Position numbers and translations under genes: made by a program. The notes under the pieces are model-generated. The model did no database searches. It was not told the origin of the DNA and saw only the letters and a list, made by a program, of their open reading frames with translations. This document shows positions 49,252 through 58,698 of a stretch of DNA of 64,000 nt, piece after piece; within the stretch, counting starts at the first letter, position 1; every line of letters starts with the position of its first letter. This DNA comes from Candidatus Latescibacterota bacterium (GTDB lineage: Bacteria > Latescibacterota > UBA2968 > UBA8231): positions 4,608,001-4,672,000 of the forward strand of contig OZ241867.1 in NCBI GenBank assembly GCA_965203175.1, written 5' to 3'.

Positions 49252-49304
49252 TTGACATTGGGGCAGACATACTATACTTTTGTTCAGGTGTAATTTTGGT
49301 TACA
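49252..49304 (+). promoter_or_regulatory. Promoter and palindromic operator for the DUF5131-TcmP gene
   Basis: TTGACA(49252)-17-TACTTT(49275); TGTAA-N6-TTACA at 49289-49304. Confidence 0.5.
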
Positions 49305-49316
49305 TAAAGGTCTCTC

Positions 49317-50993
49317 ATGTCTCGCAAAAGCACTATCGAGTGGACTAACAGCACTTGGAACCCGGTCACTGGCTGCACGAAGGTTAGCGCCGGTTGCGAC
49401 CATTGCTATGCCGAGCGCCTTTCCGAGCGTTTCCGTGGCGTCGAGGGACACCCTTTCGAGTCGGGCTTCGACCTGACCCTTCGCCCCAAACGCCTCGAAC
49501 AACCCATGCAGTGGCGGCGTCCACAGCTCATCTTCGTCAATTCGATGAGCGATCTCTTCCACAAGGACATTCCCACCGACTATATAGAGCGCGTATTCGA
49601 CACGATGGAGCGCGCCGATTGGCACATCTATCAGGTGCTTACCAAGCGCAGTTCGCTGATGCGCCGTTTCGTCCAAGAGCGCTACCGGGGCCAAGCGGCT
49701 CCCCCGCATATCTGGCTCGGCGTGTCCGTCGAAAATCACGCGGCCTTGACGCGCCTCCGGCACTTGCAACAGACCAACGCCTCCGTGCGCTTCGTTTCCT
49801 TTGAGCCGTTGCTCGGTCCAATAGGCGCGGTGGATTTGGAGGGTATTCATTGGGTAATCGCCGGGGGCGAGAGTGGGCCGGGAGCGCGTCCAGTGCGAGC
49901 AGAATGGGTGCGGGCCTTGCGCGACCAGTGTCAGGCTCAGCGCGTCGCCTTCTTCTTTAAGCAATGGGGCGGTCGCACACCGAAAGCGGGTGGGAATACG
50001 CTCGATGGACGGCAATGGCTGGAATATCCAGAAGTGGAGACAGACCAGCAGCTTGAGACACCATTACAAGCTGCTGGTGCTCCAGCCGAGAATGTAAGAA
50101 ACGAGCATCAGGATGTTGGCCCTTGGGCACAGGAGAAACTGGAGTGCCTCCGCAAATATCTCCATGCCTACACAACCATTCTCAGTAAGAGAAAATTCAA
50201 AGGCTATTTCTACATTGACGCCTTTGCGGGACCAGGAACTCTTAAAATCCGCCGACAAAAAACGGACGATCGTGCTCAAAAATTACTTATTGAAGTCTCC
50301 GATTATGTTGCAAAGGATACCGGGGAAGCCGAGTACATAAGCGGATCTCCGCGTGTCGCTCTTGATTTGGAAAGACCTTTTACAGACTACGTATTCATTG
50401 AAATTGATGGAAAGAAGCTAAATCAACTCGAAGAGTTGAAGAACGACTATGAGAGTGAAAACCGACGGATTCACCTGCGCGAGCAAGACTGCAACAACTA
50501 CCTGCGCAAATTAATAAAGGAGACTCAGTGGACTCAGTGGCGGGGTGTCGTCTTTTTAGATCCTTTTGGTATGCAGGTACCTTGGGATACCATTGTCGAA
50601 ATAGGCAAAACCAAGGCCATTGAGATTTTTATCAATTTTCCCGTGGGCATGGCCATCCAGCGTCTGCTCAAGAGAAGTGGGAAATTTACGCCTAAAGAAC
50701 GCAGAAAGATCGACCAATACTTCGGAACCGATGAATGGTATGATCTACTCTACGATTACCGCGAAGATCTGTTCGGCGAAGATAACATCACTAAGGTGCA
50801 AAACTCCGGCGACCTTCTCGTGAAGTGGTATCGCAATCGGCTCAAGGAGGTTTTCGGCTACGTTTCCACTGCACGAGAGATTCAAAACACCCGTGGTCGT
50901 CCGCTATACTATCTCATTTTTGCCGGACCAAATGAAACGGGCGCAAAGATAGCGAATGAAGTGTTGAGACAGGGAGCGAGACGTATCCGGTGA
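49317..50993 (+). CDS. Fusion of DUF5131 (Gp37/Gp68 three-Cys) and three-Cys-motif partner TcmP-like methyltransferase domain
   Basis: IEWT..TWNPVTGCTKVSAGCDHCYAE, FVNSMSDLFH, GGESG, FFKQWGG; then GPWAQEKL, YIDAFAGPG, FLDPFG, LYYLIFA. Confidence 0.88.
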   Translation: MSRKSTIEWTNSTWNPVTGCTKVSAGCDHCYAERLSERFRGVEGHPFESGFDLTLRPKRLEQPMQWRRPQLIFVNSMSDLFHKDIPTDYIERVFDTMERADWHIYQVLTKRSSLMRRFVQERYRGQAAPPHIWLGVSVENHAALTRLRHLQQTNASVRFVSFEPLLGPIGAVDLEGIHWVIAGGESGPGARPVRAEWVRALRDQCQAQRVAFFFKQWGGRTPKAGGNTLDGRQWLEYPEVETDQQLETPLQAAGAPAENVRNEHQDVGPWAQEKLECLRKYLHAYTTILSKRKFKGYFYIDAFAGPGTLKIRRQKTDDRAQKLLIEVSDYVAKDTGEAEYISGSPRVALDLERPFTDYVFIEIDGKKLNQLEELKNDYESENRRIHLREQDCNNYLRKLIKETQWTQWRGVVFLDPFGMQVPWDTIVEIGKTKAIEIFINFPVGMAIQRLLKRSGKFTPKERRKIDQYFGTDEWYDLLYDYREDLFGEDNITKVQNSGDLLVKWYRNRLKEVFGYVSTAREIQNTRGRPLYYLIFAGPNETGAKIANEVLRQGARRIR

Positions 50994-51066
50994 GGTATAT
51001 CTATCGCTCAGCTTATTTGCTTAAACGCCAATACCGCGACACTGGCTCACGCTACAGCCGGCTCCC

Positions 51067-53214
51067 TCACCCCAACACGTACACCGGACTCGACCAAGCC
51101 ATCTGCCCGTCGCACTGAATAGCCTTGACGAAGTAAGCCACCTGCCCCTCCCCCGGCGGCTGATCCACAGTCCCCAAAGTCAATTCCAGCGCTTCCACCC
51201 GCTCGGGATAGCGCTGCACCACCAACTGCATGTCCAAGCCGCCGTAGTCGAAGCGCAGCGGCTTGTGACCCAGTCTCGCCAGATCAATTTCCGTCGTCCC
51301 CACCGCCGACTCGAACGCCAAGCTGCCCATCCGCCCATCGTCCAGCACCAACTCAATGCCGTCGCAATCTCCCGTGGTCTGCGATTGAAAAGTCACGGCC
51401 TGCGGCTCGGTCACGGTGATCCCGTCGGCCGCGGAGTCAAAGCTAACCGTAGTCGCCTCCAAGATGGTCGCCTGAGTGGTGCGGATAACCCCAGACCAAT
51501 CCACCCGCCGCCCGCGCCCGCGCATCCGCGAGCCAGACCACATCAAGCGCAACCTGTTGGAATGCCCCAGATCTCGGAATTCAGGCGGCTGCACTTCGGC
51601 GAGCAATTCCCGATCGCGATACACTTGCAGCGCCTCCAGTGGTGCCGCCCCCACAACCCGAGCGCGAATATCCACCGAGTCCACATTTTCTACCATCGCC
51701 CCCATGAGCGCACCAGCTATCTGTACATCTAGAAGTATGCGCGCTCCAGTCGTACCATAACATCGCCGACTGCACAGAGCCTCCCACACGCCCGCGCGCG
51801 ACAACTCGCCAGCCAACACACAGGTCAAGCCACCGGCAATACCAAACTCACCAGCCCCCGGCCCTTCGGCCCCAGGCCGTCCCTTGTGGCCGTCGCTGTT
51901 GCACATGACCCCGACCATGTGGCCGCAGTCCAGCGCGTCGAACAGCATCCACTCGAACACGCCCCAGCTTGAGACGACCTCCACCAGATTGTGTGCCTCG
52001 GGGTCGAAATACGCCTTGACGTCGGCCCAGCGCCCGCCCACATGCGAGCCGATAATCACTTGGTCGCGCGGCACCAAGCGAGCGAGTCGGGCGAAAAACA
52101 CATCGGCCGGATGCGCGGGCGACACCTCGTCCTCGGGCACGTGCGGGATCTGCCAGTGGCTGTTGCGCACAATGGGCAGCCCCTCGGCAAAGTAAAAGAC
52201 GTTGCGGTCCCCGCCGGCTGGAGAATTAGCCGACCACTCGTAGCCGGGAAAGACGACGAACTCGCCGTCCCGGTGAAAAGCCTGCACCGTCTCGTTGAGC
52301 CGCTGCCAGTCTTGGTCGTCAACCTGGAAATCATTGCCCTGATGCGAGGCGAAATCCACCCTCGCCCAGTCGCGCGCAAAAGTGAAATACTCCTCCTCCG
52401 TGCCTATGCCGACAGTAGCGTCGGACTGAGCGTGCAAATCCCCCCAGTAGCGGTGCCACTGAGGCGCGGTCTCAGAAACGGCAACCGGATTGCTGTGACA
52501 GCGCAAGCCACCCGCCGCCGCAATCAGCCGTCCACTACCCGGAGCGCAAAAGGACACCCTGTACCCCTCGACTACGACCTCTCCTTCCCCTTCCCATTCC
52601 AGTTCAACCGGCCCTGCCACCGCCGTCGGATTGCCCCACATATCCTGCCCTTTGACAAAAACCTCGACCGTTTCCCCCACCACTGCTTGGCTCGGCGCTA
52701 TGCACACCAATTCCACGGCCTCACCAGCGACAACGGGAAACTTGGGCGGATCCGCTACGGCCCGAGCTACCGCAGCATTGGTCGGATCGACAAAAACGCG
52801 GAATTCGTGGGCCGACTCGACAAAGGTCTGCACCCGAATCCCTGGCGAACCACCGCTGCGCTCGCCCAAGACCACGGTCACGGTATCGCCGGGCGCGAGG
52901 GACCCGTCGTACACATCAATCACCACGCACCAGATCATCCACGGCCGCTCGTGACCCTTGGGGGCAAAGCGCGGTGCCAGCTTGGCCGCCCCGTTGGTCT
53001 GCACCGTGCAATAAGCTGGCGCGGCCGGATCGCTGAACTGGGCCGGCTGCATATCGCAGGCGAGACGCTGGGCGATCTTAATGGTGCCGCCCTCGTCAAT
53101 GCCGTAGCTCCCCACAGTCAGGGTCAAGGTCCATTGCTGATAGCTGCCGGCCACTACCGGCGCGCAAGGTTCCAGCATCACCGTTCCCAGCCGTTCCCGC
53201 CATTGCTGTTTCAT
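51067..53214 (-). CDS. DUF3604-like PHP-type metal-dependent protein
   Basis: YWGDLHAQS, PGYEWS, NSDGH, YGTTG, AWSSP. Confidence 0.82.
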   Translation of the reverse strand: MKQQWRERLGTVMLEPCAPVVAGSYQQWTLTLTVGSYGIDEGGTIKIAQRLACDMQPAQFSDPAAPAYCTVQTNGAAKLAPRFAPKGHERPWMIWCVVIDVYDGSLAPGDTVTVVLGERSGGSPGIRVQTFVESAHEFRVFVDPTNAAVARAVADPPKFPVVAGEAVELVCIAPSQAVVGETVEVFVKGQDMWGNPTAVAGPVELEWEGEGEVVVEGYRVSFCAPGSGRLIAAAGGLRCHSNPVAVSETAPQWHRYWGDLHAQSDATVGIGTEEEYFTFARDWARVDFASHQGNDFQVDDQDWQRLNETVQAFHRDGEFVVFPGYEWSANSPAGGDRNVFYFAEGLPIVRNSHWQIPHVPEDEVSPAHPADVFFARLARLVPRDQVIIGSHVGGRWADVKAYFDPEAHNLVEVVSSWGVFEWMLFDALDCGHMVGVMCNSDGHKGRPGAEGPGAGEFGIAGGLTCVLAGELSRAGVWEALCSRRCYGTTGARILLDVQIAGALMGAMVENVDSVDIRARVVGAAPLEALQVYRDRELLAEVQPPEFRDLGHSNRLRLMWSGSRMRGRGRRVDWSGVIRTTQATILEATTVSFDSAADGITVTEPQAVTFQSQTTGDCDGIELVLDDGRMGSLAFESAVGTTEIDLARLGHKPLRFDYGGLDMQLVVQRYPERVEALELTLGTVDQPPGEGQVAYFVKAIQCDGQMAWSSPVYVLG

Positions 53215-53365
53215 TCTAAACTCCTGTCTCCGTTGAATCATCCTCGTAAAAATCTCCGCACGGCCCGCCCGCCTTTCTCCACAGCCTCTTTTTTCCCTAA
53301 CTTAACCGGCATTATAAAAAAATCTGCGCGAAATCGAAATTCGCCCCCGAGAAAGGATTATCAGC

Positions 53366-54322
53366 GTGAAGGTCGTACTGACATATGATATGGGGGAATC
53401 CTTCGTCGAAGAATTGCGAACGGCTTTCCCCGAGTTGGACTTTTACCCAGCGTATGACGAAGCGGAGCAGGTGCAGGAGGTGGCCGATGCGGAAGTTGTA
53501 TTTGGATTGATGAGGCGACCGGTATTTTTGGCGGCAAAAGAACTCAAGTGGTTCCATTTCGTCGGCATCGGCTTCGACCCGATCGTGCGCGACATACCGG
53601 AATTACGCACGGGTGACGTGGCGATGACCAATGCGCGGGAGACGCACGTCGTACCCATGGCCGACCACGTCTTCGCCGCCATCCTCTCGTACGCCCACCG
53701 CATCCCCGAACTGCTCGAAGATCAACGCAACCACCAGTGGAATACCAAGCACTATGAGCGGCGCATCATCGAATTGGCCGGAACCAAGATGGGGGTACTG
53801 GCCATGGGAGACATTGGCCGCGGCGTGGCCACTCGGGCCGCAGCGTTCGGAATCGAAGTGTACGCGGTGGACATCTTACCGATGGAGCCGCCGCCGGGGG
53901 TGTGCGCGGTGTGGCCGGTCGAGCGCTTGGACGAGATGCTCGGGATGATCGACTGGCTGGTGGTAACGGCACCGCGCACTAAAGAGACGACGGGGATGAT
54001 CAATCGACAACGGCTCGCCCTGCTCAAAGAAGGAGCGTTTGTCGTGGTCGTCTCGCGTGGCGGGATCGTCGATGAGGAAGCACTGGCCGAGGGCCTGCAC
54101 GCGGGCCATATCGGCGGGGCCGCGCTCGACGCGACAGAGGTCGAGCCACTGCCGCCCGACAGCCCGCTGTGGGACGCGCCCAACATGCTAATCTCGCCGC
54201 ACACCTCGGCCGAGTCCGTGCAACTGATCGAGCGCCGCAAGGCCATCTTCGTGGAAAATCTGCACCGCTATCTGGCAGGCGAAGCGCTATTGAACGTATG
54301 CGATTTAGAGAAAGGCTATTAA
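53366..54322 (+). CDS. D-2-hydroxyacid dehydrogenase
   Basis: MGDIG, SRGGIVDE, LDATEVEPLP, SPH. Confidence 0.9.
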   Translation: MKVVLTYDMGESFVEELRTAFPELDFYPAYDEAEQVQEVADAEVVFGLMRRPVFLAAKELKWFHFVGIGFDPIVRDIPELRTGDVAMTNARETHVVPMADHVFAAILSYAHRIPELLEDQRNHQWNTKHYERRIIELAGTKMGVLAMGDIGRGVATRAAAFGIEVYAVDILPMEPPPGVCAVWPVERLDEMLGMIDWLVVTAPRTKETTGMINRQRLALLKEGAFVVVVSRGGIVDEEALAEGLHAGHIGGAALDATEVEPLPPDSPLWDAPNMLISPHTSAESVQLIERRKAIFVENLHRYLAGEALLNVCDLEKGY

Positions 54323-55576
54323 ATGACGGCAAAACCCCATCTGCCCCCGTCCCCCATTGACGAAGGCAAAGTAACCGTAACTGCAATCGAATCCGTGCAG
54401 CCGCTCGACCTGTTCCCCGACCTGCTGCTGGTGCGCATCCACACCGACGCCGGACTCATCGGCCACGGCGAAACGTACTACTGCGCCGAAGCCGTACAGG
54501 CCATGCTGCACGACTGGATGGCGCGCCGACTGCTCGGCGAAGACGCGCTGGCCATCGAATCGCACTGGCGCTTCCTCTACGAGCGCGCCGCGAATTTCGG
54601 GGTCCGGGGCACGGAGATCCGCGCCTTGTCGGCACTGGACGTGGCGCTGTGGGACATTCTCGGCCAAGTCTGTAATCAGCCGGTCTATCGCCTGCTCGGC
54701 GGGCCAGTGCGCGACAAAATTCTGGTGTACAATAGCTGCGGCAACCCGCAATACGGGCCGAGCACTACCGGACGCAAAGGCTGGCCGGGCTTTGGCGCCA
54801 TCGGCGAGCCGGGGCCGCTGGGTGATTCGTGGAAGCTGTTCCACGAGCCTGTGGCACTGGCCGAGGAACTGGTCGAACTGGGCTACAGCGGATTAAAGGT
54901 CTGGCCCTTTGACCAAGCGGCCATCCAGTACGGCCCGGCGCGCATTCCGCACCGCGCAATCGAGGAAGGTGTGCAGCCCTTGCGCGAAATCCGAGACAAG
55001 GTAGGCATGGACCTCGACATCTTCGTCGATGGCCACGCGCATTTCCAGCTCCCAGCAGCCCTGCGCATCGCCGAGGCATTGCGCGAGGTCGCGCCGCTGT
55101 GGCTGGAGGACGTAATCAAAATGGACAACCTCGACACGGTCGCCGACTTCCGCCGCCAGAGCCGGATGCCCATTTCCGTGAGCGAGATGCTGTTGAGCCG
55201 CGCCGATTACAACTCCGTGCTGATGCACCAAGCCGCCGATTATGTGATGATCGACCCGACTTGGGTCGGCGGGATTTCTGAGACCGCGCGGATTGCCCAT
55301 CTGGCGCAGACCTATAATGTGCCGGTCAGCATGCACGACTGCACCGGTCCGCTAACGCTATTTGCCGGCTTGCACGTAGGAGCGGCGGTGGCCAACTGTT
55401 GCTATCAGGAAACCGTGCGGGCGCAGATCCAGACGGTGTATCGAGAGTTGATCGACGTCGAGGTGGAAATCAACGGCGGGTATGTGAATCTGCCCCAAGG
55501 CAGCGGTTTGGGCGTCAGGCTAAACCCCGATTTGTTCAAGCCGGAACGACCGGGCTATCGGATTTCGCAAAGTTGA
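54323..55576 (+). CDS. Enolase superfamily dehydratase/racemase
   Basis: SALDVALWDI, KVWP, DGH, LED, SE, HDC. Confidence 0.9.
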   Translation: MTAKPHLPPSPIDEGKVTVTAIESVQPLDLFPDLLLVRIHTDAGLIGHGETYYCAEAVQAMLHDWMARRLLGEDALAIESHWRFLYERAANFGVRGTEIRALSALDVALWDILGQVCNQPVYRLLGGPVRDKILVYNSCGNPQYGPSTTGRKGWPGFGAIGEPGPLGDSWKLFHEPVALAEELVELGYSGLKVWPFDQAAIQYGPARIPHRAIEEGVQPLREIRDKVGMDLDIFVDGHAHFQLPAALRIAEALREVAPLWLEDVIKMDNLDTVADFRRQSRMPISVSEMLLSRADYNSVLMHQAADYVMIDPTWVGGISETARIAHLAQTYNVPVSMHDCTGPLTLFAGLHVGAAVANCCYQETVRAQIQTVYRELIDVEVEINGGYVNLPQGSGLGVRLNPDLFKPERPGYRISQS

Positions 55577-55590
55577 AGGAGAAATTTTCA

Positions 55591-56307
55591 ATGGAAAAGG
55601 TCAGATATTCCGATTTATTGCCGTGTGAGTTTCGCCAGCGGCTAGCGGCTAAGCCGGTTGCGTATCTGCCGCTGGGCACGCTCGAATGGCACGGCGAGCA
55701 TTTGCCCTTGGGCAGCGACGCGATCCAGAGCGAAGGGCTGATGATCGAGTGCGCCAAGCGCTTTGGCGGCATCGTCATGCCACCGATTCACCTCGGGCCG
55801 GATCGGGCGTGGGATCGCGGCAACGGCAAAGTACTCCACGGCATGGACTGCGCCGACAGCACCGATCCCCACCGGCAATTAGACGGTAGCTGCTACTGGG
55901 TGTCGAACGGGTTTTTCGGAATGCTAGTCGATGCGATCTTAGAGCAGATCAAGCGCGCAGGTTTCAAGTTCGTGTTCGCCGATGGACACGGGCCGAGCCG
56001 CAGGGCTTGGCGCGAAGCTATGGCCGAGCGGGAGCAGCGCTTCGGCCTCAAGCTCGCGGGAGTTACGGACGAAGTAGCACAAGAATGGAAAAGCCAGATG
56101 GACCACGCCGCGCACAACGAAACGTCGCTGGTGATGCACTATCAGGAGGAGTTGGTAGATCTCGGACAATTGTCTGCAGACCGGAGCGTGTGGCCGCAAG
56201 GAGTCGGCGGCGAAGACCCGCGCGACGCCAGCGCCGCATACGGGCGGGAGTGCATGGAGCGATCCGTGGAAATTGTCGGGCGACTCATTGCAGAGAGCGG
56301 GATTTGA
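55591..56307 (+). CDS. Creatininase family amidohydrolase
   Basis: PLGTLEWHGEHLPLGSD, GHG, DHAAHNETS. Confidence 0.88.
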   Translation: MEKVRYSDLLPCEFRQRLAAKPVAYLPLGTLEWHGEHLPLGSDAIQSEGLMIECAKRFGGIVMPPIHLGPDRAWDRGNGKVLHGMDCADSTDPHRQLDGSCYWVSNGFFGMLVDAILEQIKRAGFKFVFADGHGPSRRAWREAMAEREQRFGLKLAGVTDEVAQEWKSQMDHAAHNETSLVMHYQEELVDLGQLSADRSVWPQGVGGEDPRDASAAYGRECMERSVEIVGRLIAESGI

Positions 56308-56353
56308 ATACTGTAACCGGCGACTGAGGTCGCCATCCGAGAAAGGATGACGC

Positions 56354-57490
56354 ATGAAAATCACCCAAGTAGAGACCATTCGCTTCAAAAGCATCACCAA
56401 TACCGAGCGCGACTCCGACGGCCACGGCCATCCCGGCCCCGAGCGCGAAACCACCCAGACCTTGCTGCAAATAGACACTGACGAAGGCGTCTCCGGCTAC
56501 TGGTTTGGCGCTAATGCCCAAGCCATAGACAGCATCGTCAAACCCGCCATAGTCGGCGAAGACCCCTTTTACCGCGAAAAAATCTGGCGCGACCTCAACC
56601 ATCGCCAGCGGCTCAATCTGGGCACGCTGTCCGACCAAGTGCTCATGACGGTTGACCTAGCCTTGTGGGATCTGGCCGGACGCGCCTTAGAGCAACCCGC
56701 GTACAAACTGTTGGGCGGCTTGCGCGACAAAGTGCCAGCCTACGCCTCCACCATGTGCGGCGACGACCTCAAAGGCGGCTTGGCCACGCCCGAGGACTAC
56801 GCCAATTACGCCCGGTGGTGCATGGAGCGCGGATACCCCGCCTTCAAATTGCACACTTGGCAGCCGCCCTACGCGGGCGCGCCCGACCCCAAACGCGACA
56901 TTGAAGCCTGCGCCGCCGTGCGCGACGTGGTCGGCCCCGACGTGCCCTGTATGCTCGACCCCTACCACTACTACGACCGCGAGGCCGCCCTATTCCTAGC
57001 CAAGGAATTGGAAAAGCTCGACTATTACTGGATGGAAGAACCCATGGACGAACACAGCATGTCGTCCTACATCTGGCTGTGCGAGCAGACCAGCTTGCCG
57101 ATTTGCGGCCCGGAGACCTGCGAGGGCAAAATGTACGTGCGCGCCGAGTGGATCAAAGCCGGTGCCTGCGACATCAGCCGCTGCGGCGTGGCCGACGTGG
57201 GCGGCCTCACTCCATTGATGAAAACCGTGCATCTGTGCGAATCTTTTGGCATGCGCTGCGAAATCCACGGCGGCGGCCCCGGCAACCTGCACGCCCTGTG
57301 CGCCATGCACAACGGCGAATTCTACGAACGCGGCTTGTTGCACCCCTTCATCGACTTCGACCAGCCCGCCCCTTGGCTCCACGAGCACGGCGAGTTGATG
57401 GACGATCAGGGTTTTGTCCACGTGCCTCAACGACCCGGATTGGGAATGAATATTAACTGGGATTACATCGAAAAGAATAAAGTCGATTGA
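56354..57490 (+). CDS. Enolase superfamily enzyme
   Basis: DLALWDL, FKLH, MLD, WMEEP, PGLG. Confidence 0.9.
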   Translation: MKITQVETIRFKSITNTERDSDGHGHPGPERETTQTLLQIDTDEGVSGYWFGANAQAIDSIVKPAIVGEDPFYREKIWRDLNHRQRLNLGTLSDQVLMTVDLALWDLAGRALEQPAYKLLGGLRDKVPAYASTMCGDDLKGGLATPEDYANYARWCMERGYPAFKLHTWQPPYAGAPDPKRDIEACAAVRDVVGPDVPCMLDPYHYYDREAALFLAKELEKLDYYWMEEPMDEHSMSSYIWLCEQTSLPICGPETCEGKMYVRAEWIKAGACDISRCGVADVGGLTPLMKTVHLCESFGMRCEIHGGGPGNLHALCAMHNGEFYERGLLHPFIDFDQPAPWLHEHGELMDDQGFVHVPQRPGLGMNINWDYIEKNKVD

Positions 57491-57535
57491 GCTAATCGAG
57501 CGGAACTATCTGCGCTGGACCGAACACTACGACAA

Positions 57536-57613
57536 GCACACTGGCCGTATGTGCATGCATTAAATTACGGCGATTAATATACACGGCGACAATGGGTTAG
57601 CTTCTACGGCGAT
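57536..57613 (+). pseudogene. Degenerate copy of the 5' part of the enolase gene at 62651
   Basis: Exact 21-mer TACACGGCGACAATGGGTTAG at 57580-57600 and 62766-62786, with flanking similarity. Confidence 0.7.
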
Positions 57614-57617
57614 CTCT

Positions 57618-58697
57618 TTATTCCGCGTCGCCAGCTCGCTCCCGCTGCCAGTCCTTGCGCCCGCCGTAGTAGTCTCCCTCGTCGAAGAGAGCCGTCGCCG
57701 TCTGCGCGAGGGACCGAGCGTACACAACCATATCCACGAACCGCCCATCGACCCGCAGCCGCCGCTTGAAGCGCGCCTCCTCGCCAAATCCCGCTTCCTC
57801 AAGCAACTGCTTCTGATCATCATCGCAGTCCGCCAAATAGACATGCAGGACCGCGATCTCCAAGGCCGAGCACCGCTCGACGACCGCATTGAGCAAATCC
57901 GCAGCGTGGCCGCTGAAGGCCGGTGCCACGCGAAAGCTCAATATGCCCGCGTGCTGCTCGGCAAAACTCCCCCGCCGTTCGACCGTGGCCAAGCCGACCA
58001 AGCGGCGCTTGGCGTTCTCCAGAGCGAGGCAGAACCCGCGCCGACCTTCTAAGCGCCGCAAGGTCTTCACAAAGTGACTCTCGTAGCGGGTGTCGCGGAA
58101 ACTCTGGCTCAGGTAGTCCTTGATGATCCACCTCGGCTCGGGATGATTGTAGAGCACCGAAGCCCCCGGCAAATCGGCCCAAGTAGCGTCGCGAACCTCG
58201 GCCGGACTGCCGCCGTCGAGGTAGTCGCGATCGAAGTCTTCAGCACCGGGTGCCAAATAGCGCATTCCATCTCCGACGAAATAGCGGAATCCATGGCGCT
58301 CGTACAAGCTGCCGGCATGGGGATTAGCCGTACACAGATAGAGCGCCATCCCCCCGGCTTGCGCGAACTCCTCCACGAGCCGACCAAGCAGGAGCGAGGC
58401 AATCCCCTTACGCCGGTGCGCCTCATCAGTCCAGACGAACTCGACGAGCCCCACCTCGCGCGTATTCGCGGGCGTCTGACAACCCATGTAGCCCACCACC
58501 TCTCCGTCGATTTTCCCCAAGTAGTAGGGCGTGTACAGCCAAGGCCGCAAATTCCCTGCCATCAGGTCGGCGGCAATATCCCCCCACCAGCAGAGGCTGT
58601 GCTCTCCGCCGGGAAAGGGCGGCTCGCACACCTCGATCGCCAGCTTTTCTCCGCTGCGGAGCTGAACTGTCGTCTCTGCACTATTCATCATTTCCAC
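57618..58697 (-). CDS. Tandem GNAT acetyltransferase
   Basis: VWTDEAHRRKGIA...LYERHGF; second domain ending LEEAGF...VDMVVY. Confidence 0.82.
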   Translation of the reverse strand: MEMMNSAETTVQLRSGEKLAIEVCEPPFPGGEHSLCWWGDIAADLMAGNLRPWLYTPYYLGKIDGEVVGYMGCQTPANTREVGLVEFVWTDEAHRRKGIASLLLGRLVEEFAQAGGMALYLCTANPHAGSLYERHGFRYFVGDGMRYLAPGAEDFDRDYLDGGSPAEVRDATWADLPGASVLYNHPEPRWIIKDYLSQSFRDTRYESHFVKTLRRLEGRRGFCLALENAKRRLVGLATVERRGSFAEQHAGILSFRVAPAFSGHAADLLNAVVERCSALEIAVLHVYLADCDDDQKQLLEEAGFGEEARFKRRLRVDGRFVDMVVYARSLAQTATALFDEGDYYGGRKDWQRERAGDAE

Positions 58698-58698
58698 C

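Noticed and set aside
17309-56307. Long N-terminal extensions in track ORFs (17309-18622, 27069-28811, 42026-43441, 55399-56307)
   Set aside because: They overlap genuine upstream genes in another frame; internal starts with RBS or ATGA coupling fit better.
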